A stretch of 63,053 nucleotides of DNA, the filler included, from Rhabdomonas costata (Eukaryota): the NCBI GenBank assembly GCA_019059605.1. It is 27 parts of 27 records of this genome, joined end to end, with 100 filler letters (N's around TTAATTAATTAA, not from the genome) between each part and the next. Parts side by side here need not be neighbours in the genome. Positions count along the whole stretch, not along the records: positions 1 to 2,241 come from JAHMHO010004600.1; positions 2,342 to 4,581 come from JAHMHO010004601.1; positions 4,682 to 6,922 come from JAHMHO010004602.1; positions 7,023 to 9,263 come from JAHMHO010004603.1; positions 9,364 to 11,601 come from JAHMHO010004604.1; 22 more parts are not named here. The stretch is one strand, 5' to 3'. Position numbers and translations under genes: made by a program. Shown in pieces: positions 1 through 10,678 of this stretch (its first letter is position 1; each line of letters opens with the position of its first letter). The notes under the pieces were generated by a model, which did no database searches, had not been told where the DNA came from, and saw nothing but the letters and a program-made list of their open reading frames with translations.

Positions 1-994
1 CAGTCTCCCGAGGGGAGCCCTGGCATCACAGGGGACCGGGAAAGGGGAAAGGTGCAACGCTCTCGTACACATTTTTTCAGTCGCGTATACAAACAAACAG
101 ACAAACACCCGTAGGGAAGAAGAGAGGCCTTTCCAGAGAAGCCTTTGGCTTTCCACGGCTGGCTCTAAGCTGTCGGGATTGTGCACTCTGCTCTTTGTGT
201 CTGCTCAGATTTTTTTTGGAAGTCTTTGAATGCGACGTGGTGCTGGCCCTCTTATGGGCGGTGTAATTATACGTTCATTTCGCAGACCGGAGTTCAGCAC
301 GTGATGGAATATGCACACCATGCCATCATCAGTGTTCGTGTCTCAGCAATTGGAGTTTGGGTGAGGCATTTGTGAAGCTGTGAAGATCTGAGTGGGATTG
401 TCCTATTATCCTATATACTCCTAACTGCGTACTGCCGGCCATAATTTGTTTGTGGTCTTGTTGTGCTCGAGAGTCTTCTTCCATCATTTTCTCATTTATT
501 ATAACAATATGACTCTCATCTTCACTTCCACAGGACGTGAGGGTCCAGTTTCTTTGTGGACCCACATTTTCTTTTGAGGATTCACACCTGAATGTATGAG
601 GAGGTTCGGGCGCTGCATTAACCACTTCGAAGATCCTCTTCGAGGTGGGTGCAAAGGACCTCCTACACGGGCTCCAAAAAGCCAACTCCACCGAAAGCTA
701 GCCGAGGGATGACTGAACTGGCTGCGGTAGAGCCCGCGCTGCGGGCTTACCTAGCTCAAGTGCACTCCGAGCTGCGCCAGTTGTGGGAGCGGTGGAGAGA
801 GGGGGGCCGCCCGGAGCCCCTAGAAGGTGGCCCGGCGAGGATCTCGTTCCCTCTTGCCCTGCTGGAGCAGTCTCCCGAGGGGAGCCCTGGCATCACAGGG
901 GACCGGGAAAGGGGAAAGGTGCAACGCTCTCGTACACATTTTTTCAGTCGCGTATACAAACAAAAAGACAAACACCCGTAGGGAAGAAGAGAGG
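1..994 (+). repeat. 127-bp direct repeat (1-127 and 868-994)
   Basis: cagtctcccgagggg...gggaagaagagagg occurs twice with one mismatch (aaacaaacag vs aaacaaaaag). Confidence 0.95.
709..918 (+). CDS. Hypothetical protein exon (MTELAAVEPALRAYLAQVHSELRQLWERW...)
   Basis: ATG at 709, GC3-rich helical-looking frame, possible donor AG|GT at 918/919. No family recognised. Confidence 0.3.
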
Positions 995-2241
995 TTAACG
1001 CTTGCGGAATGCTTAGCGGTGACCGGTACCCCACGGCACTGCCAGCTCCGAAGGTCTTTCTTGTTACTGGTGACTGCGCCCGCGTCCGTCAGTCCACAGC
1101 GGTCGCCAGCAGCCAGAGCGCTGTGCACCCAACACAGGCTGGTGTGTGGGGTGTGGCAAAGAAGGCCCAGAATCGGGCGAGCTTGCCTGTGTGGTGTGAT
1201 TGATATCATGCGCAATGCGTGCGATTGCGTCGGTAAACCTGAGAGAAGTAGGGCGCGCGTTCGGCTCCGCATGGATTTCATGCCGATTCCAGGAACGCTG
1301 CAGACTTGGAACACCACCGCCCCGGGGCTCGCACAAAAAAGGTCGAGAGCGCCGATCCCGAGCCTGCACACAAGACAAACGCCATACATACAGCCATCAA
1401 ACTGACACTGACTGTTCTATTGGGGTGCTTTGGGGATAATCGGGGGATGATGAAAGCCCAACAACGAATGATGCGCCCTCGGTGACATCCTGAAAGGGCT
1501 CTGCACGGCGGACCCCTTCGCAAAGAGGGAAAAGGTTGCGGTGGGGTTTCCCCTCCAACGCAGTCTTACCCTTTCCCCTCTGAGCCGGCTTGAGCCATGT
1601 CGTATTTCTCTGTTTTATCTTTACCCCTCACCTGTGCGTCTTGCACTCTCGCAGCCCTGCGTACTTCGCGGTGTCACCCTCTGCCTGATTCAGCAGCTGC
1701 GGCAGGGCTGCGAAAGTTCTAGCACTGCAGCGTTGGGGGTGGCTCCCGCCCCCGCGGGCTGCCAAAACGGGGACGACGACGACGATGCACTCTGGGACTT
1801 GATTGGCAAGCTGGCGTGGGTTTGGCGGCTCACGAGGCTGTCGCGCACGGTCACGCAGGGAGCAGAGGGCACTGCGTCAAAACCCGCTTCCGCGGATCTC
1901 TGGCTACGGAGTTCCAGCTTTGACAGCCTGGGTCCTGCTACACCCCGCTTGTGTTGGCGTTCGTGGTTGGTGAAAGGATGGGAGAACCTGTTTTTCATGA
2001 ATAATAATTTCGTTTGGTCGGGTGGGGGTGTGTTTGGAGAACTGTTTCTGCGCAGCTGAGCTCTGAGCCTCTTTGATAGACCTTTTTTTACAATCACTGA
2101 TGCTTTTTCGTGTGGCTTGTTTCAAGGTGCGTGTTGGTGTGTGTTCATGCTTGTTCCTTGCGTCCTCTGGAAATGCGTCAAACGGAATAACCCCCTTCAG
2201 TGAAGGGAAAAACGTCCGCAGTGACAGATCACAACAAAACC

Positions 2242-2341
2242 NNNNNNNNNNNNNNNNNNNNNNNNNNNNNNNNNNNNNNNNNNNNTTAATTAATTAANNN
2301 NNNNNNNNNNNNNNNNNNNNNNNNNNNNNNNNNNNNNNNNN
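2242..2341. other. Artificial contig spacer (44 N + TTAATTAATTAA + 44 N), first of 26 that split the window into 27 contigs
   Basis: The same 100-nt block, with stops in all six frames, recurs about every 2.34 kb. ORFs ending in X..LIN are artefacts of it. Confidence 0.99.
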
Positions 2342-2376
2342 GTTGGTTGTGGGTTGCGAGTCTTCTGTGTTTGCAG

Positions 2377-4126
2377 TCCCACCCAGAAGGGCCGATGTCC
2401 ATTGTTTGTCCAGTGAGGGAGTTTGGCTCCACTCAGCAGCAGTCTTTGAGAGACCGTATCGACAGCTTTCTTGCTGACGGTGGAAGTTGGGCAATGATTG
2501 AAGTGGAGGTTCTGTCCTGAATACATTGTTATTCTGTCTCTCAGGTTTTGTGCGGGGTCTCGTCCTTTGCTTTACTACGGGACATTCAACATAGCTGTTG
2601 ATTTTGCCTGTGGGCTTAAGGGCACTTTTTCCGCAAATATTTATCGAGTCATGAGGGGGGGGGGAGAAGTATGTCTCAAGTCCTCGAGTCCTGAGGGGAG
2701 GTGAGGTTCATGTCTCGAGGCAATTTGGCAGATAAAATGCCTGGATTCCGTGGATTTCAGGTTGAGTGAAAATCCAATGGCGTGTACTACGTCCAGGGTG
2801 CCTGTTCCATCCTGTACACGAACAGTGCCACGGATCCGGGTGCATGCGGGGGAGCTAAGATAACCAGGTCGCGGCTGGGGACTCCTCTTTGTGCTCGACT
2901 TTCAAGGCAGCTTTTATCCTCTGGGACTCAAATTATTTGTTTTGCACTCGCATCCCTCTGCGGAATGGAGATGTGATCGATGGCTAAACCTAAGCATTTA
3001 TCAGCCCCTCTCTCTCTCGCCGTTTCTGGTAAAAAAAAATTTACCAGTTACTCTCCCTGCGAGGTAACCTGATCTATGCCTATTATCCTGTTGCAGTCTC
3101 GCGACTGATGAAACAGAGTGCGCAATTTGGAAGAGGCAAAACGCCTCCCCTATCGCTCCGCGTTCTTTTTTTTCCAGCTGTGCTGGCCGGCACGCCTTCG
3201 CTTGATTAATGTTTTGCCCCCCCCCCCCGCCGCAAAAACAAATGTCTCCCCTTTTTGGTATCTTCTTATTTGGGACGTTAGGTACAATTTCCATCCTAAA
3301 GGTAACCTATCCAAACTTAAAGCGTGTTTCTTGAGAAAGGGAATCTACATTTCTGCTTTCTTTTCTTCGTTACGCGCGTCCTCCGTCCCCCTTTGCAGTC
3401 CCCTCCAGTGCTTATCGTTTTCAAGCTTTCTTCTCTTTTTTTTTTTCGGGAGGATGAGATTACCGTGAGGAGATCAGCAGCACTGTCCTCTGTGAGTGAG
3501 AAGAGGACATTTGGATATAGCTGTGTGAAGACCTGGAATATGGCGCAACGCAAGGCGAGCCATGCCCTTCAGCAGCTGCTCGAAAAGAGGTTTCCTTGCC
3601 AGCGCAGGGTGGGTGCTGTCTGTGTGGGCGGGGGTTGGTTCTGCTTTGACATTTTGAAGGGAAAACAAAGGCCAGCGTAACCGTATTGTTTCTATTCTTT
3701 ACGGTGTTGCATGATTTGGGCTGGTGCATTCCGGATTTGATGCTTCGGGAATTGAGAATGCGGTATAGAGAGTGCGAGCATAAAGCCGGGTTCCGGAAAA
3801 GTCCTCGGGCTTCAGCACAGTCAGAGACTCAACCTGCGCCACGTCTGCCATGAATGCCATGCTGCCATTGCCAAAAGGTGAGAAAGTGGAGTGGGGTTTC
3901 CCCGAACGCTAGTCGCTGGTCCGCATACACGTATTCTCGGCATTTGCTTGCACCCCCTCGTTGTATGTGTGTGGGTTGACCCTTAGGTCAGTCTTCCACT
4001 GGCACGGCGTTGTGGCGAAGCCCTCCCACGTTGCACAACACCAGCTCAACCTCCTGGCCTTCCAGAAGGGGTACCGGTGGTTCCCTCTGTTGAGCTCTGA
4101 GTGGCGGGGCGGAGCGTACGAGCTGG
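2377..4126 (+). CDS. Multi-exon hypothetical protein (partial)
   Basis: AG/GT-bounded GC3-rich segments at about 2377-2479 (SHPEGPMSIVCPVREF...) and 3987-4126 (SVFHWHGVVAKPSHVAQHQLNLLAFQKGYRWFPLL...). The intervening exon structure is unresolved. Confidence 0.35.
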
Positions 4127-5452
4127 GTGTGTGTGCGGTTGTGTGGTGTGGGCTCGTGCGCAGGAGTAGAAATCGGTTGTTGAGTTCGAGTCGGACAAAC
4201 AGTCGACGGAGGACGGTCGGAGTTACCCACTGTTGTAGCGGTCTTTTCGTCCGGGGATAGAAACCAACTGCGCGTGAGCTTTGCGTTCTTGTTTTGCTTT
4301 TGTGGAAGTGCGAAAGCCACCACATAGGAAACAAAGGGAAAGGCCAGGTTCGAATTGACTTCATTTTTTCTTTTCGCAGTGCTCCTCCTTCCCGTAATTC
4401 TTCTTTTCTCTTTTCAAAATGAGTTCAAATGGGCCCCTTAGCGAACCGGTATCGAATGATGCGTTTGCGCCGAGGTCAGTGGTGTGTTATCATCATGTCT
4501 TTTGGGGATGTTATGTGGATCCAATGGTTCTTTTATCCATCGCGCGAAATGACATGGTTGGCACCTTGCCACGCACACACCNNNNNNNNNNNNNNNNNNN
4601 NNNNNNNNNNNNNNNNNNNNNNNNNTTAATTAATTAANNNNNNNNNNNNNNNNNNNNNNNNNNNNNNNNNNNNNNNNNNNNGTGTGGGTGTGTTTGGGTT
4701 GTTGGGGCTGCGGTGGTGTGTGTTTGTGCATGGGACCTTGCTTTGCCTGAGATGCAAACGAAAGTGCTTTGGCTTCCCATGTGTGTGTGCATGTGCGTGT
4801 ATGCCCCGGCGAAGAGCGCCAAGGAGGCGCCCGCGCCCCATGATGCCCCGTGATATCCTCTCTCTTAGCGGTTGCTGTCTTCCTGGCGAATCCAAGGTCT
4901 CGGCCGATAATGAGGACCACGCTGACTCGAGCTCGTCAACTCTGACCAAGCAATGCGTGAGATCCTGGACGTCACGACTTTCCATCGCTGCCACCCTCTC
5001 TCGCCAATGCGAAATGCGTTGTCTGGACGTCCCTCATCTGTATATCTGGATGTCCGTGACTTGCCTCGACCCCTTCATTCCCCTCCCCCACCGCGTGTGG
5101 TGAGAGTTCATCTCTCTGCGCTTGGAGTTGTGTGAGGGCTCCCGCGTTTCCAGTCCAGAACGCCGCATCCCCCCATTGGTAGATCTCACAGCATTCCAAG
5201 CGATGGTACCTCTGAGTGCTTTGCCTTCCAATTTATTTGTGTACTGGGCACAACGCACTGGCTGATGCGAATATGAAATCCACGCAGTGTCTCAGGTTTG
5301 GATCGCCCTTTGGATGTGCGCAGTTAGGTGCAGGTCGACAATGATGTATTTCACGGCTTAGTGTGGGGGAACCCCCCCCCCCAGTTGTGCGGTTTGGTTT
5401 GCTCGTCTTTTCAGTTACTTATCTCTCCGCCTTTGTGTCAAAATTCACAAAG

Positions 5453-5652
5453 GTGGGAACAACGCCAACAAGTACTTCTACGACTACGCCCCTTCAGGGG
5501 AGCTTGTGCCAGGGGCGGTGCTGGAGGCGGATTTCCCCTACGAAGCGGATGACGTGCCGTGCAATTCCCCCCATCCCCACGTGCTGAGCCTGAGCCAGAT
5601 GGACCTGCCCATCACCACCGACCCAGCAGATCTGATGGTGGCCCTGTACACG
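5453..5652 (+). CDS. Exon of papain-like (C1A) cysteine peptidase
   Basis: AG|...|GT exon reads GNNANKYFYDYAPSGELVPGAVLEADFPYEADDVPCNSPHPHVLSLSQMDLPITTDPADLMVALYT. This resembles the C1A 'G..E.DYPY.....C' segment. Catalytic Cys/His exons were not found. Confidence 0.5.
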
Positions 5653-7522
5653 GTGTGATACCTCGATACCTCTTTCTCTGAATGCCCCCCCCCTACTGAC
5701 TGGGTGGCTTCGGTTCAAACTCATTGAGTCGAGTGGAGCGCTTGCGCCCTCTGTCTCTGATGCAAATCGCCCATGCTGCAGGGTCCTGGTGAGTTGCACC
5801 GCGTCGAGCGATCATGCAGTCCCAGGTCTACATCCTTGAGGGGGGTGAACTTTATATTATAGGGTCGTTGTGTGTTATGCTGCAGAGTGTGTGTGTGGAG
5901 TGTGAGGTGAGGATGTGTGGACTTCGCCCCCCCCCCCACGCTCCCATACCTCTAAGCTTTCCCATTCATGCCGCTTTCAATCAATGTCCCTGGCGACGTG
6001 GGCCTCCGCCTGTGAAAGAAGGAAGAATATTCCTCTCGTCCGCCATCATCGAGCAGAAACGACGGGAAATGGTTCGCAATGACAATGTCAGTCACATCAA
6101 CGCCAACCCCTCCAGTGCGCGAGTGCAGACAAGCAATAGCAGTATTTCTCTTTTTGGAGCATGCAGAACCCCTAGCCGACGCCCATTCCGATTCTAGCCA
6201 GTCAAGTACTGACGAGGTCTGCGCATGGGCAGCTAAGCAGCCTGGACAAAAGTTTAGACTGTTAGTTTAAACTATGCACTCAGACCAGGAAAGGATCAAA
6301 AAGGACTTTCAAACCGGAGAACCAAAAATGCCGAAAATAGGTGCAAAGGACCCTAAAAACTCCTCGCATCTGTAAACTGTTGCCAGGATGAAGTCCTGGT
6401 CTCTCTGCCCTTGGGTATGCAAAGCAGACCCGGCCGAAAGCTCAGCCCCAGACCTTGGAGATGCAGCTAAGTGGAAAACGTCCTAAAGAGGGTCCTCGCC
6501 CTCGTTCCACTTCGCCTCCTCCCTGAGCGCTACCATTGAGCAGTACCGCCATTTCCCCCTTCTGCTTTTCATCGTTTGCAGGACCTTGCCGAGACTTCTG
6601 TAATCGCGTGCGTGTTTTTGTTCAAAAAAAGCTGTAAAAAATGATAAAAAGAAATTTGGGGTCCGGGGGTACCATAGGAAGGTTTTGGTTTCAGAATGTA
6701 GTGAGCGGGCTGGCTCTCTGAAGTGTTCACTTGTGTGAAAGTTAAAAATTCGCCGCATCGCCCATTTTTAACGTAATGCCACGGCAAACACCACCGGGAT
6801 TTTTTCCAGGCACTGCCGTTTGTTACCGCATGGCGCAGGACTCCTGACGGTGACGGACTTGGCAGCTTTTTCTTCTCGGCGCATCCTCCTATGTGTGGAA
6901 AAAGCACTTTCGAATGCTTTCANNNNNNNNNNNNNNNNNNNNNNNNNNNNNNNNNNNNNNNNNNNNTTAATTAATTAANNNNNNNNNNNNNNNNNNNNNN
7001 NNNNNNNNNNNNNNNNNNNNNNTTGTGGTGATAACGAAAAGGTTTGTTCTGTGTGCACTGTTCAGGAGGTGGGCAAAGCAGCTTTTATGGATGGGCTTTG
7101 CCTTTTTAGGGCGTCCACATAGGTGGTTTTGCTTGCTGACGTGGTCCTGCTAAGGTCCTGCGGTAGCAGTAACATGGTCATGGCTTTGTGGAATTTCAGG
7201 TTTTTCTTCTAGCATTGATTTTTTCGACGTACACTTTTATGATCTGTAACGGTTGACGAGCGGTGGATCGGTGGGACATGCGGACAAATCGGTGACGTCT
7301 TCTTTTCTATGTCATGGCAGTAACGTGCAGAAGACTGACGCTTCCGTCCCGTCTGCGGTCGATAAACGCCCTACTAGGGAGAGAATTTTCGGTCGATAGC
7401 TTAAGAGGTCGCGGGGTGAATTTGCCCCTTTTTGTGTGAAAACGCTGTAGAGGCTCTCCCGTCTTTTGGCATTTCTATGCTGCCCAGCTCGTTCTTCACT
7501 AGCCTTCCCCCGGCTCGGAAAG

Positions 7523-7894
7523 ATGTACGGTGGCTCGGGATCGTGCTGCGGGTGCATGGGGGGCAGCAGCCTCAGCGGGATGGGGATGAGCAGCGGGATG
7601 ATGCCCATGGGTGGGATGAGCATGGGGAGCAGCAGCATGGGAGGGATGGTGAGCGGCATGAGCGCGATGCCCATGAGCGGGATGACCACCAGCATGAGCT
7701 ACGGAATGCCGATGATGAGCGGGATGAGCATGGGCAGCTCGATGCCGATGAGTGGGATGAGCATGGGGATGGCGATGCCGATGAGCGGGATGAGCATGGG
7801 CACTGCGATGCCGATGAGCGGGATGAGCATGGGCACTGCGATGCCCATGACAGGGATGTCCACCGGGGGTTGCGCGAGCTGCGCTTCGCGCTAA
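7523..7894 (+). CDS. 123-aa Met/Ser/Gly-rich small protein with terminal Cys clusters (CCGC ... CASC)
   Basis: ATG at 7523 and TAA at 7892-7894 bracket the repeat region exactly. It has 33-bp/11-aa repeats (AMPMSGMSMGT), and a pyrimidine-rich tract follows the stop. Confidence 0.7.
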   Translation: MYGGSGSCCGCMGGSSLSGMGMSSGMMPMGGMSMGSSSMGGMVSGMSAMPMSGMTTSMSYGMPMMSGMSMGSSMPMSGMSMGMAMPMSGMSMGTAMPMSGMSMGTAMPMTGMSTGGCASCASR

Positions 7895-9202
7895 AGGGAA
7901 AGGCGCTAAGCACCTCCTCGTTTTTCTTTCAGCCTTTTCCCTCCCTCCCGCACACCCACCCTCCTCACTCTTTTCACTCTTTGACGACTTTCATTTTTTA
8001 TGTTGGGTTCATTAGAATGCCTTCTGGAATCAATGGGAGGGCGGGTGTAGTTGATTGGCCCTCCCCCCTGTCTGAAGCGGAAGGTCTGAGCCGCTGTTGG
8101 GGGGATTCTCTCCTCCCCGAGAGGCTGCCCACAGCGGCTCTGCTTTCATCTCAGCTACACCTACCGCCTGGCTGGCTGCCTTTTGCCTTTTGTGTGCGGA
8201 AGGCAGGCATCCGCTCTTGTCCCTCTTTGGCTCTTTCAGCTTTCTGTGACGCGGGTTTCTATAGGGCTTTCACTTTTCTCCGTGAACTTGTGTTGTTTGT
8301 CGTTTTGGTTGTCCACTGTATGCTTTCTCAGAATTCGGTTTGGGACCTCCCCCCAGACGTGCTGGGGATAGCAGTGTGGATTTCCTTGGATTTTTCCGAT
8401 GTTGGCTGAGTGGCTGAGGTAAGGCTATGGTGGGAGCTTTCGACGGTCGCGTACCCACCCTTCAGGATTTTATGTCTCACACACTTTACGGGTAGAAAGT
8501 GATGTAACGGCGGGTTGATTAGGATTTGGATGCTGCCAGGTTCGCTTTTAGCGTTATGCTTGTGGCGTTTCAAAGGCGCCTAAGAGGGATGTGTCCGTTG
8601 TGCTTCCGGAGGTTATAGGTGCAACAGTAGTATGAGTTTAGGCTAATTTTCAATCGGCGTTGCATTACTTTTCGATCCTGGAAGCTTTCTTCACGAGTCA
8701 TCCCATGGAAGGGAGAGGGAGACAGGCGCGGTGCGAAACCCTTTTCATGACGGCCCCATTCTTGCAGAAGTACCTCCGGCGGTTGGGAGCATTTTTTGCC
8801 GTGGGTGGCTTGAGCACTATTTTGAAGGCTGCTTGGCCTTTACGTGGTGAGCTTCTGCCCCTCAAAAAACGTTGAGTCAACACAAGCACTGCAGAGAACG
8901 TTTATCATTCATCTCTTCACCGAGTACTCTTCTGTGGAGTGGTCAGTTTGCCATCAGAACGGCCAAATGGCTTGCTTATGAGTCAATCGGCTTGTGGCGG
9001 ACAACGAAGGCGGGCGTATGTGAAAGCCATGCAACACCTTCGGGAAAATTCGTGCTTGTCCACAAGCCAGCGCGGAAAGATCTCAGTAGGGAGTGAGCTC
9101 TTTTCTGCCACAGCTCTCCTTCTTCGAGACTGCGCTGAGAGTTTGGTTTTCCTTTCGCTCCACTGTCCTGCCACAGCTCAGTCTCCGTTCTTTCCTCGAA
9201 CA

Positions 9203-9263
9203 ATGAACGCGGGCTTCGGTGGCATGGGCGGCATGGGTATGGGTGGGATGGGACCAACCCCAC
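9203..9263 (+). CDS. N-terminus of Gly/Met-rich protein (MNAGFGGMGGMGMGGMG...), truncated by contig end
   Basis: ATG preceded by a pyrimidine tract and CAG at about 9176. Low-complexity GM frame. Confidence 0.5.
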
Positions 9264-10467
9264 NNNNNNNNNNNNNNNNNNNNNNNNNNNNNNNNNNNNN
9301 NNNNNNNTTAATTAATTAANNNNNNNNNNNNNNNNNNNNNNNNNNNNNNNNNNNNNNNNNNNNGGTTTGTTGGCCTCAGAGGAGTTTCAGCCTGCCCTCA
9401 ATCGGCTTGTGTGGACTACCCATCTTGCTCTTTTTGGGAGAAGCACGGTTGGGGCTTCAGTCTTCTGTCGCCTCTGTCGTTTTTGGTGTGGCTTCCGGTT
9501 TTCCCCCTCTTTCCCTTTTATTGAGGAGAGAGGGGTGAGCTCTTGATTTCTGAACTGCCCTGTATGGGACGATCTTTGCGTCCGTACCACCATGAGAGTG
9601 GATGACGGGGACGAAATCTTGTTTTTGCTCCTCTCATGGAAAAGCTGGCGAGGGCTGTTATCTACGGTACAGAGAGAGACAGAGAAAGGTAGAGAGAAAG
9701 GGAAAGAGAGAGAGAGAGAGAGTTGGTTTGTGCTCTCTTTCGTATCTGGGAAGGGTTCTTCGAAGCGAGTTGAGACTTTTGGTTCGACATTGGGATGCGG
9801 CTGTTAAGGCCTTTCTTTTTTCCCCTTTTTGTCACTTCTTCACTACCTTTCGCTTTTCATGCGCTGTGGGCGGCCTTTCACGACCATTCGGGCCGAGTTT
9901 CTTTCCCTGCTCTAGATGTATTTTTCCGTGCCTTGCCTCATCCCTTTTCGTGTTTCACTCCATCCCGTCATCCTTTCCTCTCCGCCGTCCGCGCAAGTCC
10001 CGCTCCGATATGTTATGCCTAGGACTCTGTGATTGAGCGCTTAGTCTTTGGCTGGTGAAGGTTTTGTTCCGTGCGCGTAGTAGGTATTTCAGTTTTGTCT
10101 GTCCGCTCCGCACGGGTATTCGCGAGTTCGCCCTCACCGCTGGACGTGCCATGCGCCCTCCTTTTTCGCGAAAAAGCAGGGGCTCACATCCCACTCGTTC
10201 AGTTGGCTCTCAGGTTGGGCTTGTGAGCGATTTCGGACCGGCCAAGGATGTCGGAGTGTTCCACGCTATTGTACCAATCTTGTCTTGCGGTTGACCATAT
10301 GTACCTGCGACCGGATTTCCCCACCTTGCTCGTTTGTCTCACAGACGTTCTTTTCATTCTGTGCTTTTGCTTATCTTTTTGTTTTTTTTCTGTTAGTTTT
10401 TGCGCGAGGAGTGGCTGAAGCTTTGGTAAAAGAGCAAGCTACGGTGACCACGGCGTACGGTGGGCGA

Positions 10468-10678
10468 ATGCCTACGAAACGACCCACCGCTGATGGCTGG
10501 GCGCTTGCCATGCTTGTCCTGCTTCTACACCCCGGGACGGTGCTCGGGCTTCGGGGACATCGCTCCCCCACGCCCAAGCGCTTCCGCCACAACGGAACGG
10601 TGGAGGAGGTTTCTGCCGCGACGAAGTTTGAAGACTTCCACCGTCGCGCTATGCGAGCAGCCACTGGGCCTTTTGCAG
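10468..10678 (+). CDS. First exon of a putative secreted protein
   Basis: MPTKRPTADGWALAMLVLLLHPGTVLG looks like a signal peptide. GC3-rich frame ending at donor CAG|GTAACT. Confidence 0.45.

Noticed and set aside
2286..2297. TTAATTAATTAA recurring at regular spacing as a CRISPR-like or genomic repeat
   Set aside because: It always sits inside N-runs and is a synthetic six-frame-stop linker.
2761..2841. Apparent in-frame TGA (VE*KSNGVYYVQG...) as more evidence for UGA recoding
   Set aside because: Another frame is open from an upstream AG (IKCLDSVDFRLSENPM...), and there is no homology to fix the frame.
6282..6402. 9-bp inverted repeat (agaccagga/tcctggtct) resembling a euglenid non-conventional intron
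   Set aside because: Inverted repeats this short are expected by chance in 63 kb, and removing the segment restores no recognisable protein.
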